This document shows, piece after piece, positions 11,401 through 23,878 of a DNA stretch of 64,000 nt. The DNA is from Nemertoderma westbladi (lineage: Eukaryota > Animalia > Xenacoelomorpha): positions 1-64,000 of the forward strand of contig JAUCBJ010006179.1 in NCBI GenBank assembly GCA_032718475.1. Reading direction: 5' to 3'. Below the pieces are notes generated by a model. The model did not search any database, was not told where the DNA came from, and saw only the letters and a list, made by a program, of their open reading frames with translations. Both the position numbers and the translations under genes were made by a program. How positions within the stretch are numbered: the stretch's first letter is position 1; each line of letters begins with the position of its first letter.

Positions 11401-14400
11401 AGCACTTACGTATGAAAAGGACACCGATAGCGAGCTTTCCCTAACTACTTCTGACCGACAACCATCTTGGAAAGCACCAACTTCCAATGTAGGAATCCGA
11501 GAATTTCCCGTAGTGCAGTTGAGGGTCCACGGACCTAAAAGGAGTTATATAGTGAACGCCCTCCTTGACTCCGGTAGCACAGGAACATTCATCGACAAAG
11601 AACTAGCCGAAGACATCTTTGCTGGACAACCCAAGTTCCGAACTAAGTTAAACATGTCAGGAATTATGCAGGTTTGGAAATCTACAGTAATAGCGGATTA
11701 TTATGTAAGTGCGTTGTCCACCCCCCAGGATGAACTAGGAGAACACAGCATAAGGTCAGTAAAAATGGTGGCGATAAAGAACTTCGCTACCAGCCAAGTA
11801 GAACCTTATAACTGGGATGAGGACGATTTCACCCAGCAGCTTAATATACCTAGATTCAACACAGATTACCCTGGAGTACAAATACTCATCGGCCAAAATG
11901 CACATGAGGCGCTTGAGACATTGGAGAAACGGCCTGCTCAACCGCAACCACTACAAGCCTATGCGGGAAGAACTAGAGTGGGTTGGTACTTTACTGGCCC
12001 TTCCCGTAGAACTCTTATGGAAAGGTTACCAAAAGAACAGGTATATCAAGTAAGTGAATGGGAAGTGGAGAGCAGTGAGGTAGACGACCCAACTGAGGGA
12101 ACACCATACTCCTCAGATAATGACGATATCCACCAACTCTTCGATGAGAAGAATACCATCGATCTCCTTACGGAAAACGAGACTTGGCAAAACCAAGTGA
12201 ACCTATGTCAACTCATTCGTCCATCAAGACAAGTTGACTATAACAACGAACTGAATGACGTAATCGAGCGCTATAACGCGAAGACTCGGGATGAACACGC
12301 CGTACGATACTTTACTCAAGAGGCTGTAGAGCCCAATTCCTACGATAAGGCCCTATCAGTAGAAGAAGAAAGAGCCAAGCAGATCCAGGAGTCAACTACA
12401 CGTTTTCTTAAAGATCAAGGTAGATATGAAATCGGTCTACCATTCCGAAAGCGAGAACCAAAATTCATAAACAACCGACCCTTGGCGGAGAAAAGAATTG
12501 CTCAACTACATCGACGCCTTACGGCAAATGCTTCAGCTAAAGAAATCTATCAGACTCAGTTGAAGAAATTTATTAACAACGGATATGCGGAGCGAGTACC
12601 GGAAGAAACACCTATAACTGAGAGAACGTACTATTTAACACATCATTACGTTCCCAAACCCGGTAAACCCCATGAAGTAAGGGTAGTATTTGACGGCTCC
12701 GCCCTCTACATGGGCCAATCCCTTAATTCCGAGTTGTTACCAGGACCCAACTTACTCCAATCCTTGTTGGGAATACTCTTAAGATTACGACAATATTCAA
12801 TCGCTTTCGCCTCCGATATAGAAGGCATGTTCTTACAAGTCAAGGCGCTAGATAGGGATCGAGATAGCCTATGATTTCTGTGGTGGCCGGAAGGAGACCT
12901 CAACCAGAAACCGGTGGAGTATTGGATGACCATCCAGGCCTTTGGGATCATCTCAAGCCCTTCAAACGCCTGCTCAGTGGTGCGCACCACTGCTGATGAC
13001 AACCGGGACGCCTTCTCAAAAGAGGTGATCGACAACATCAAACGGGATATATACATGGACGACAATTTAAAGTCCCTTCCATCAGTGGAAGAAGCCATTG
13101 ATGTCGCCAAAGGAACGGTAGAGTGCTTAAAAAGAGGTGGATTTCGATTAACTAAATTCACCAGCAACTCCCTTGAGTTTCTGGAATCGATCCCGGTAGA
13201 AGATCGAGGAGCGAAAGATCTAGACCTAATCAAAGATGATCTTCCAGAAACCAAGACACTTGGTTTGAAATGGGACACAGAGAGAGATATCCTGTTTTTC
13301 CAGCTAAAACAGCGAGATAATCCAGTTCGGACTAAACGGATTTGTTTAAGTATCCTGAGCACTTATTTCGATCCATTGGGATTTATTAGCCCAGTTATAT
13401 TGATTGCTCGGAGTTTAGTACAACAAATGTGGCTTGAAAACCACTCATGGGATGATCCACTTAAGGGAGAACTATTAAAGAAGTGGATGAAATGGGAAGA
13501 TTCTCTACCAGCCATCGAGAACTTTATAATTTCCCGTTCATATTTTGGTCATGTTCTCCCTACGTATTCCTATCAACTCCATGTGTTTGGAGACGCCAGC
13601 GATATGGGAATAGGTATAGTAGCCTACCTGAGAGTGGAAACTCCGGATGGAATCAAAGTCGCCTTGGTTACCTCTAAGGCATTGATAAACAACAAGTTGA
13701 AAGTTCCTCGAGCGGAGTTAAAAGCGGCTCTATACGCTACAGCCATCGGCCGAAATGTAACAGAACAGATCGAATATCCACTGGAGAAAACTGTCTATTG
13801 GACCGATGCTCTACTCGTGTTGGAGTATATAACCAATGAAGTCTGTCAGTTCAGCGTCTTCGTTACCAACAGAGTAGCCATTATACTTAGTCGTACGAAG
13901 ATGGATCAATGGAGACATTGCCCCGGAATGATTAATCCAGCAGACATCGCCTCCAGGGGAGCAACTCCACAAGAACTGATAGATACTCCAGACTGGTTAG
14001 GTGAACCCGACTTCCTAAGCAAAGAAGAGGAAGAATGCCCTCCTCATCTTACTACGGCGGAGATTAGACAGGCCAAGGGAGCGGAGAAAGTCAAACCTAA
14101 AACTCGGGCGAGTAAATCGAAGTTATTTAAACCCGTGGTAGATCTGTCTGTACTACACACTTCCGGAGACGACGCTTTGGATCCGAAACCCACAGCCACA
14201 AATAAGTCTGTTGTGGAAATCAGAGAGAAGGATTGGAAATCTGGAATACCAGACGTCTCGCAAGGACTCTCACCTCTCCTGCAGAGAGCGATATATCACT
14301 ACAGTTCCTGGAATCGGCTCTGTAAGGCCGTTACATATTTAAAGCGATGTTTTCATCATCACTACTCCAGGACGAAGACCAATAGTGATACCGCTCCACT

Positions 14401-15936
14401 GACATCTGTGCAGGTCCATGTTGTTAAAGATCTTCCCAAATATAAGATATCCGACAGGTTTCTGAAGGAGAAGATCAGTTATCAGGAGCATGAAGAAACC
14501 AATAAGCAGATGCTGAGACTCCTGCAATGCTATGAGGATTCCGATAAGTATTTCCTGTTGTTGAGAAATCCACAGATGCGCTTAAGGGATCGTTTCTCTA
14601 GCACAATGATAGATGGGTTGATACGTGTTGGAGGAAGATTAACTAATGCTCCATTATCCTTTGACACTAAGTTTCCCATACTCATTAGAAATCTTGAAAT
14701 ACAAATCAAGATGATTGTAGATGTTCACAGCAAACTTTATCATGCTGGTAGAGAACGAGTTCTTAGCGAAATTCGAACTCGCTATTATTTTTATAAACCC
14801 TGTAGAGCTCTGAACCAAGTTCTTAGGAACTGCATACCCTGTAGGAAAGCATTCAGTAGGCCTTTAACATAGCGAGAGGCAGAATTACCTAGGGAACGAG
14901 TAAGCTTCTATGAACCACCCTTTACTAATACCGGTGTAGATTTATTTGGCCCTATTGAAGTATATCGAGCTAGGACTATAGTCAAGAGATGGTGTGTCAT
15001 CTTTGTTTGTATGACTTGTAGAGCTATCCATCTCGATATGGTGAACGATTTATCTACCAACAGCTTCCTATTGAGCTTACGCCGACAGATCGCTCGCTTT
15101 GGAACTAGTAACACGATGAGATCTGATAAGGGAACGAACTTCATTGGTTTCAACAATGAAATCAAGGCTTACGTCAAAGATTGGAACCAAAGACAGGTGG
15201 ACGATCAGCTAAGGGTAACAGCGTCTAGCTGGACCTTCAACGCCGCCGACGCCCCTTGGTGGGGAGGAAGTTGGGAGAGATTAATCAGGAGCGTGAAGAC
15301 CGCATTTCACTTAATAGTGCCGTGCCGCACGTATCTCACCGACGAACTTTTGCGGACGTTAATGGAGGAAATCGCCGCCTATCTCAACGAGAGACCGCTT
15401 ATGCCAGTCTCATCGAGTCCCGTTTCCCTGGAAGCGCTAACACCCGCGCACTTCCTACTGAAGAAACCTGTAGCCATGCTCCCACGATCGGAAATCACAG
15501 ACGGAGACCAATACTGCCGGCAAACCTGGCAACTTATGCAGTTGTTATCCCGTCGTTTCGCTGACCATTTCGAAAAACATTATCTGCCCACGCTACAACT
15601 TCGAACTAAGTGGTTTGCGCAGCAAGAAAACGTCAGCGCTGGAGACAGGTCCTTATTGTGGATTCAGATCTTCCACGTAAGCGGTGGCAGACAGGTCGTA
15701 TCATCGAGACTCACATCTCGGATGATGGTTTGGTGCGATCGGTAGAACTCGTCGTCATGCGACGTAACTTTAAGAAACCGGGAATTGTCTTCGAGACACA
15801 GCAGCTCAATCGCCCAGTTGGTCGTTTATGTTTACTGGAAAGAGACAGAGAACTCTCCGGAAACTATGGAAGGCAAGATACTCTTCCCACGACCACCTCT
15901 CTAATCCAACAAACATCTAGGGACTCCCCAACTTAA
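8439..15936 (+). pseudogene. pol: gag-pol polyprotein of copy B (Gag, protease, RT, RNase H, integrase), disrupted
   Basis: KFNGDEMKWLPF/EKLRFL (BEL Gag), ALLDSGS, RVVFDGS, SDIEGMFLQV, YMDD, LHVFGDAS, WTDA, NPAD, HAG..CIPC, GVDLFGP, SDKGTNF, WGGSWERL. Stops at 8622, 12872 and 14870; frameshifts at ~9318 and ~15648. Confidence 0.95.
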
Positions 15937-16485
15937 CAACGTCTGGAGTGGGTGTGTGACTATATCATTTTATATTCTTATTATTTTATATTTATGTATG
16001 TATTATTATGTAATTTTATTATAATCGTTTTCTTTAATTTTATTTAGTAGAATGTTATTTTAGCGATTATTTAGTAGATTAGTGCAATATATATTAGTGT
16101 TTATTACTTAATTACTTATATATTATATATTTAGAGCGACGGCGAGAAATAATTCTTTTTCTCTTTCCTTACTGTCCGTATTACATTACAAATACGTAAC
16201 TACAGTAAGATGAAATATTAGTACTTATTAAAGTACAATAAAGCTCCTACTATATTCAAGTATTATTGGTAAAGTAGAGTATTAGGAATGCAAAATTCAG
16301 ATCCTCGTGTCTCGGCTAAACCAAGCTCTGGGTAGACCTTGGAAACGACTTGCCTCTTCTCACTGACATTGCTTCTTGCGATATTGCTCTCATACCGTAT
16401 ATTAAATAATACATATAGTAGCGTGATGTCACTTTAACAGTAGCGTACAACGCAAATAAATCTGTTAAACCCTTTGACCATCTGT

Positions 16486-16780
16486 AATTCTAGTCGATTA
16501 AGATATCGCGGCACCCACCGATATACTTGAAAGACAAAATTCTAGAATCAGTGGTTAACGTCCCGAGACAAGTTCTGGAATAAACCGGTGCCCATCTTAA
16601 ATATTAATTATTAATATTTATAAAGTCTGTCAAATTCAGATCCTTTAAAATTCTAGTCAATTAAGATATCGTAGCACTTACCGATACTCTTAAAAAGACA
16701 AATTTCCTAGAATCCAGGATCCCAGTCCCCAGACATGCTCTGGAATAAAATTGTGTCTATTTAATATTAAATAATAAAAT
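16486..16780 (+). repeat. Diverged direct repeat (~130-bp units) in the pol-ORF2 spacer
   Basis: AATTCTAGTC(G/A)ATTAAGATATCG...AAAGACAAA...TCTGGAATAAA occurs twice; also twice in copy A (~2400, ~2642) and in copy C. Confidence 0.8.
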
Positions 16781-17568
16781 TTACGGGAATAAATTTAAAT
16801 TCATATTTTAATGAATTTGATAAATTGTCATTTTTATGCAATTTATAACATTCCCAAAATTCCATTAATTAATAGATCATGGGAGCGGAGATTCACCCTA
16901 TTAAGTGTATTAGTGTGCGAGAATCTCCAATATATAGTCAATAGCCGATAAAATTCATAAAATCATGTATAAAGGGGATATTGACAATTAAAGAATTACT
17001 ATTAAATAGCATCCCAGATCTGTATGCATGAGAATTACCCTAATTCTACCGCTAGCTTTCCATAATGTCACCATAGCAACAACCACGCTAGAATTAGAAG
17101 TGAGTTAAAAGAACAATAGAAAGCTTACCCCATTGAATAGCATAGGGAATAAATAGCACACTGCTAGTATCCAAGGATACATAATAATAACGTGGCATTC
17201 TGGAAGGCACTGACTAACGGACAAATGGCCCGAATATGTACAGTTTGTGACAGTTGTGTTGAATTTGTGCGTTTATAGGTGAATGTTACTGCTAAAGTCT
17301 GTTTACAGTAGCGAGTCGCAATTGTGAAAGTAGCCCTAACTCTCCAGAAAGAACCTGAAGTACATCTAAGCCTTTGGGACGGACAGTGGAGTGACTTGTG
17401 TCGGTTATCGTTGTCGTTGTGTAGCTACTACGTTGGCGAAAAACACAGCGACGACGGTACATCGGCGCTGAGGATCTTGCACTGTCCGGGGGCAGAGAGG
17501 GGTAGGCAGCGACGCCCGCTAGCCTAAATATAAACTCATTATAATATTGATAAACTCATATAGCAGAT

Positions 17569-20500
17569 ATGACTGAGTTGATAGAAGATGATCTTGGTAT
17601 CAGGGAGCGATATACTCTACCTTTACAAGCGTTTGTTGATAGCTTGATACGCGGCGACGCTGGTCCAACTACTACAAAGGACGATGGTCGTTATATCGAA
17701 CCGCCAATGTCCCAGGAGCAACTTACGCGTGAATTGGACTATAGAAAATTCACCGCTCGCTATACGCATTGTAATGGTACGTATATGGACTTCTTAACAA
17801 CTGGCCATCCTATCGATCTACACAATACGGACGATGTAGACACCGAAAGGGAAATGGTTTTATTTAAATATCATACCCAGCGGAGTCGGAACGATAAACC
17901 GAGAATAGAACACGAGAATTCTATTCGAAACAGACTCGAAAGGGAAGACGTTGAAGAGCCGGATAAACGCAGCGACTTCAACGATTATCTGGAATTCCTG
18001 AGAGAAACATATCTCAATATTGCCAGTCAACAAAATCTAGAAACTCGATATCCTCAAGGTATACATCATGACCCTATGATAGAACTCAAACGACTCTATT
18101 TCACTATGATGTATCTTACCGCCGATTGACCGCTACCTGTCGTCCCAGATAGCTTCGAACAGATGGAGGAATATTGTAAAACTGGAGAACGATCACCCGC
18201 GTTTCCCCTGCAGGACGTGCGTCTTTGGTATTACTGCGACGAATGCCCTAGACCCAATCAGCAAACGGAAAGACATAAACATCCGCGGAGACGTTGCGCT
18301 AAACACAGTTTTACACGATATACTTATGGGAGTTTCGAGCGAAACCTGTTCGACGTATCACCTACGCTCGCTCGACTCAAATGATCCTTAAATAAACCGA
18401 TGATCAGAGTTCCGGAATACTTGGTCAGACCTCCTCATTCCTCAGTGAGACCTCAAACGCTTGATCCTAATAGTATAACGGATCCCCCTGAACTGTACTC
18501 ACTATTTAAAGATCTTGTGTTACCCGAACAATTAATCGGTGGCACTCCGGTAGTGGGCTCACTAGATATTCGCCAACCCTACCTAGCCGGATTAGGACGC
18601 GGTCATCTAATATCGCCGTTTAACCCATACAACCGTCCAGGCTTAACCCCTATACAACCCGTTACCGAAGTCGAAGAGAGCGTTGTACGAAACGCATTAG
18701 ACGCTATTCGGCAGAAGATCGGAAAAGGAACTTACGATTGTTTAGAGAAACGCAAATTGCAGCAACAAGTCCAAGCGGTGAAAGAATTAGCTTTACCCCA
18801 GTTCGATAGAGAAATCCAGAATCTCGAGGAAGACATCGAACGTGGACGAACCTACTCTTTACAAGAGTTCCTAGACGAGCGTTTACAACAACAAGCGGAG
18901 GAAAATCAGCTCGAGGAGAAACACATAGAAATGGATGAGAGAGAAGAAGCAGCTTTAGCCCAGCCAGAAGCTCAAATTCTTATGACGGATCTCTATTCTA
19001 AAACCATCATCCATCCTTCGATGGTTCCCCATTTTGGAGACAAACTCTTCGCCACGGCACAGCCTCAACCAGTTGATATCAACCTAAGATCTCGAGATCT
19101 CATCGCTGATGCTCCCATGTTGCAACGTCCGCCAATTGAGGCCGCTCGTGTCGATGGTATACTCGTTGAACCTCCGGACAATAGAGCGGATCTTGTCCGT
19201 CGTATGGTACACGATGTTAACATACGCGCTAGACCTTTACCGAACTCGTTTTATGGGATCAAAGATCACCCTTATTACGTCAATCTAATGCAATATTACA
19301 TGGTAAAACCGGAAGATCCTACACATAGTCTGAGGTTTCTACCACTAATAAATCCTCTCGATCTTGTCGAACTCTAACAACTGCAGAAACATCTAGATCA
19401 GTTAGTCAAAGTAAACTCATTTTGAAAACCCTATAATGTTTCCAGAATAGAGAAAGAGACAATACCTCCATATAATCTTGATGGATTCATCAAAACTCGA
19501 TTAGTACACTGGAATCTCGACATGTTATTCGAGGAGGAAAGAATACAACGATATGGAGATGTAGAAACATATACTACACAATATTTAAAGTATAGAGATC
19601 TACCTAATGCTAGCGAATGCGCTACCTTGTGGCATCCAGTGGGAATGACTCTAGAAAACGCTACTAAAGTGTGGAATGAGACTCTTAACGTTATCGAGAT
19701 GTATGGAGTTGTCACTTACGATAACGAAGGTAGCGTTCCGGTTGGAGAACTGGGAACTACGCGCATGATACATATACGAGGACTAGCTGGTTCTACCCAC
19801 GTATTTACTCGAGCGTATTCCGATGTGATTGATTATTCCTTTGAGACCCTTACCGAGATACAAAAGAAACTCCGACATAGACAATTCGAACTCGCGCAGC
19901 GTTACGTCACCGACACCGAGCGCAAACCGGCCATGGGTATCGATGGATCGATGTTACCCCAGCCCGTGCTCGAGATGTTGTTTAATGAAAGAATCCTTAA
20001 AATCGGCTCAGCTGTTTACGGAGATCTCCAAAACGACTTTCGGAACATGGAGAACATTCCATACCCTTTCGTTGATACTCAGCTGATTGCTCCCTGGGCA
20101 GAAGGCCGAGGTTTCTTCCGCGCTATGTATGCAAATACACCCAGCGGCATTACTAAAGTACAACGAACCTCCATCGGTCATCTTGCCTTTCAAGAATATG
20201 GATGGAATTTCAAAGTTGGAAATCCTATCAACTACCAACAAGTATATGGAGATCATTATTCTCGATTATACTTTGACGGACCATTGACCGCACCTGGCGC
20301 CGTTGATAGCTTTATGAGTGTTCCACTTCGTCCCTCCTTAGCTATATACACGATCTTTGAAAACGCCGCACTTGCCGGTTGGCTAGCCGATGTGTGCAGT
20401 CGTACCATACGCGCCCATCCCTTAATACTTGGAACCAAACTCGCCAAGCTAGATGAACACAATAAATTCATTCGCTTCGAATGTTTCAGGCGCTTTCTGA

Positions 20501-21814
20501 CTCCGTTCCGTAACGTTGATAGTCAGTTCAAGGACCGCGCTCTGACCAAACTCAGCCTAAGAGACTCAGCTGCGGAGAAGTTAGACAGCACGGGATTCGC
20601 CCTTTTCAAGGACGTTTGTATACAGAACTTACATTCATCTGTTATACAAAGACCTCGAATACCCACGGGTTATTCTGTCGTGGTTATTCTATTCGCTTGC
20701 GGAGACAGCCGCACCTATCTCAGCTATGCAATTGGAAGACGAACCAATATGCTTAGAATCTGAGGAGATTCAGCCTACAGCGCCCCGGAGCAGCGATAAC
20801 GACTACGTCTTGGAATGGTATCAAGGTCCACAATGTCTCACCGCATATGATTATCGGCACGCCAACTATGTTTCTCGAAAACGTTGCAGATTATGCGCAT
20901 CGAGAGATCATTTCACCCCTATGGACTCAGACGTACCCTGCTCCTATTTCCATGAACAACCTATGATGGAGATCTATTGTGCGTATTGCAGACTCAATAA
21001 CTCGCACATTTTTGCAGTCTGCCCCCAATTTATGACTCAATGCCACCACTGTCAACTTAAAGAACATGCCAGTTTTAATTGCCTTTTTAACCGCGATCTG
21101 GAAAGCGTAGATGAGATGATTACCCTGCGCTACATCCGAGCTTGGGAAGCGAACGCGGATTTACATTGTGAGTCACGCCATCGCTATTACCCTGGACGCG
21201 CCTACGAGGGAGTTTACGCGTTCCATCCTTATCTATTCGCGTCTGTTGAACAAAAAACACGCACACCGAGTTACGAACTAATGAAGCGTGTTCGTGAGTG
21301 TATTTCCACCAAATTTGTTCGAAAATATCTCAGGAACGTCAATCCTAACGATATTAATTCATACCATTTGATAAATTTCATCCGTCAAGACCCTGAGTAT
21401 AGCGATTTATTTGTCAACTCACACCCTGAGTTACAGGAAGTATCTCGACGGCCTTACGAATATCGAGCCCGAGAACGCGAGCTGGAAAGAACCATTAAAC
21501 CGAGGAAGTTTCTCACCACTCACGGTCCACCTACCGCTATTGTCCAGATGACTCGTCAGGGACCAGTAGGAGCTGCTGTCCTAAGACGCGCCCTAAAGGC
21601 CGTTAGACCTCGCTCTACTGAAGTTGATATCGATCAACCAGGTACCTCGACCGGCGGATACACCGATCGTAATCCTAAACCTTCAGATGCAATTGTATTG
21701 TACCCTTCACCCAGGAGTTATAGCCCTCCTAGTAAAGTGGCTCGCCCCAAAGAGAAAAGGACTCTTGCTAGCCTCAAAAAACTGCGTAAACGCCGTCCGC
21801 GTAAGAAAGACTAA
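17569..21814 (+). pseudogene. ORF2 of copy B: ~1400-codon protein with DEDDy (RNase D/WRN-like) 3'-5' exonuclease domain and C-terminal CCHC knuckles
   Basis: ORFs 17569, 18163, 18400 and 19522 share one frame (stops at 18127, 18382, 19375, 19423), with one frameshift near 20600-20720. Motifs: VVTYDNEG, LPQPVLEMLFNERILKIGSAVYGD, FVDTQ, SIGHLA, PLRPSLAIYTIFE; then CRLCASRDH..C, CAYCRLNNSHIFAVC, CHHCQLKEHASFNC. Confidence 0.8.
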
Positions 21815-21892
21815 CTGTTTAGAGTATTTTTATATTTTAGAAACTGTGATTTTTTATATTTTATAGAATTAAATCCCATTTTCTGGGAGCGG

Positions 21893-23071
21893 TGTAAAGG
21901 CTTTTGCGGAATTAGCTGGTTATTTTCCCCGCAAAGTACTCTGTAGTTGTTTTAACGGACATAAAAAGCCGTTTCCTTACTGTACCGGTGTTTTAGTGGA
22001 CATAAAAAGCCATTTCTTCTGTATGTGTACTTTAGCGGACATAACTAGCGATTTTATGTCGCAATAAGCCAAATACTCTAAACATTGGAACTCAGATGAC
22101 GACATCTATCAGCTGTGTCCACGTGTAACTTTTTCTTTGTTCTTTGTTCATTCTTTGTTTGGTCGACCAATCAGAGCGGTTTTCACTCTGTGTTGGACAT
22201 AGTATACAGAAACTCACGCAATTCAGTCAGTGTGTGTATTTTTCCTGATGCCAGAAGACCGGCTTTGGAATTTCTGTGTTTCAGGCTTTAGCCAAACATT
22301 AGTAGGCTTGATCATAGAAACGTATAACTGTTATCATAACAAACCAAACCAAACTGGCATACAGCCCATATCATACTATGCATACCTTTCACCGCATTAT
22401 TTTACTGCTATTTACTGTCGGTTATTATTGTATCAGTTGATGGAATATTGTTATATTTGGATAATATCGATAAATAATCATAAAACCCCAATCTTCTTGA
22501 TATACTGTAGGTAAGAGACAGGTTACATATAGCAATTGCGACTTACATTATATTGGTTTTGGAGTGAATCTAATGCTATTTCATAGGCACTACATGTGTC
22601 GGTTGCTGTTCTCCTTATATGTGACTAAAATTAGTGAAGGTCGGCAGATTGGTGTGCAGCATTGTGCGGTAGTGTGCATGAATGTGATAGATAACAAAGC
22701 ATCTCCTAAAGAATGCGCTTTATACGTGAATCATTAGCCATCCCGTTGTGTTTAGTGTAAGTCATAACTCTGTTTACATACTTAGAGCGCCACGTCCTAA
22801 AGGATCTGTTGATATTTCCCGAAAGTGAATAATATTTGTCAGAAATTATATATTAACGATCAGTCGAATAATACAGTAGGCCTACACCGCAATAAGGTCA
22901 GAGCTTGCGAATCCAGTCTCCCGGGTATATCCAGCGGGTGAATGGTCGCGCATAGACTGGCTTCGGCTAATGTAGTGTATCAAATACTCGTCATAGGCTA
23001 AAGTCGATTTATAATCTAGAAGACACCTAAATTTGGCAGGTTAAACTGCTAAAGGTCTGAAAGCGCGAACA
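21893..23071 (+). repeat. 3' LTR of copy B (1179 bp)
   Basis: TGTAAAGG...GCGCGAACA after PPT; CCAAT box at ~22167, Inr-like TCAGT at ~22223, splice donor AG/GTAAGA at 22510/22511. Confidence 0.93.
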
Positions 23072-23403
23072 TACTGTTACACTCACATAATTAGGAATAT
23101 GTACTGTATATAGTAGACCTAAACCCACATTATATCCTATATTATATTTAGTCAAACAAACCTTCCCTTTTTTCCCTTTCCTCTACGACTTCTAGACCTG
23201 CTTCCTTTTCCTCGGCGACTCCTAGACCTGCTCTTCTTTCCCTTCTTACTTCCCTTTCGTTTTTTACGTCTCCTTTTCTCCATTTCATTCCGGCTGGTGG
23301 AACGATTACCACTCTTTTATAGGCTCCTACTTTTCCTTTCATCTAAGGCCCAACTCGGCAAACTATCCAACCCCAAATCACTTTCTTCAGGTTGAACAGG
23401 CAT
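23072..23403 (-). pseudogene. Protamine-like gene copy 1: exon 1 (23403-23162) and part of the intron; nonsense codon; intron interrupted by BEL
   Basis: Reverse complement reads MPVQPEESDLGLDSLPSWALDERKSRSL* then the K/R-rich tract; paralog of 46606 with the same GTTTGT donor and intron sequence. Confidence 0.82.
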
Positions 23404-23878
23404 GATTATTTAAAATATTACCGATAATTACCTCAATAATGTCCTAAACAAAAAACTAAGTTTTGCCTAATTCGCCATGTCAACAACACCCATGACCATT
23501 TTATACTATGTTTTTTTTTTAATTAAATAATTATTGATGTGGATATTCTAGCCGGTAGATGGTACTAATATACTGCATCTTAGTTCAATCTGAATAATTA
23601 ATTCCACGTAGCTAATGTTATTTACTAGCTAGCAGATTTAATTAGCAAGTAAAAAAAATTGTATTAAAATTAAATATAAGACCAGCATGATATTGCCTAC
23701 CGCCTCGTAATTTAACTTGGTTTACACACACACTTTATTAATGATTAGACATTATTGAAATTGATATAGCTAGTATTTTTAATGGCAGCACACAGCGGCT
23801 CATTTATTCATAAAATCAAAAAAATAATATTACGTAACTTGTTTTGTATTATACATTTACATTATATACAAATACACA

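Larger units (their letters stand above)
5191..23071 (+). mobile_element. BEL/Pao LTR retrotransposon copy B, near full length (~17.9 kb), with an extra 3' ORF
   Basis: LTR - 2.1 kb leader - gag-PR-RT-RH-IN - 1.6 kb spacer - ORF2 - PPT - LTR. Confidence 0.95.

Noticed and set aside
17569-21814. ORF2 as an env gene
   Set aside because: No signal peptide or transmembrane anchor is evident; nuclease and knuckle motifs and a basic tail are present instead.
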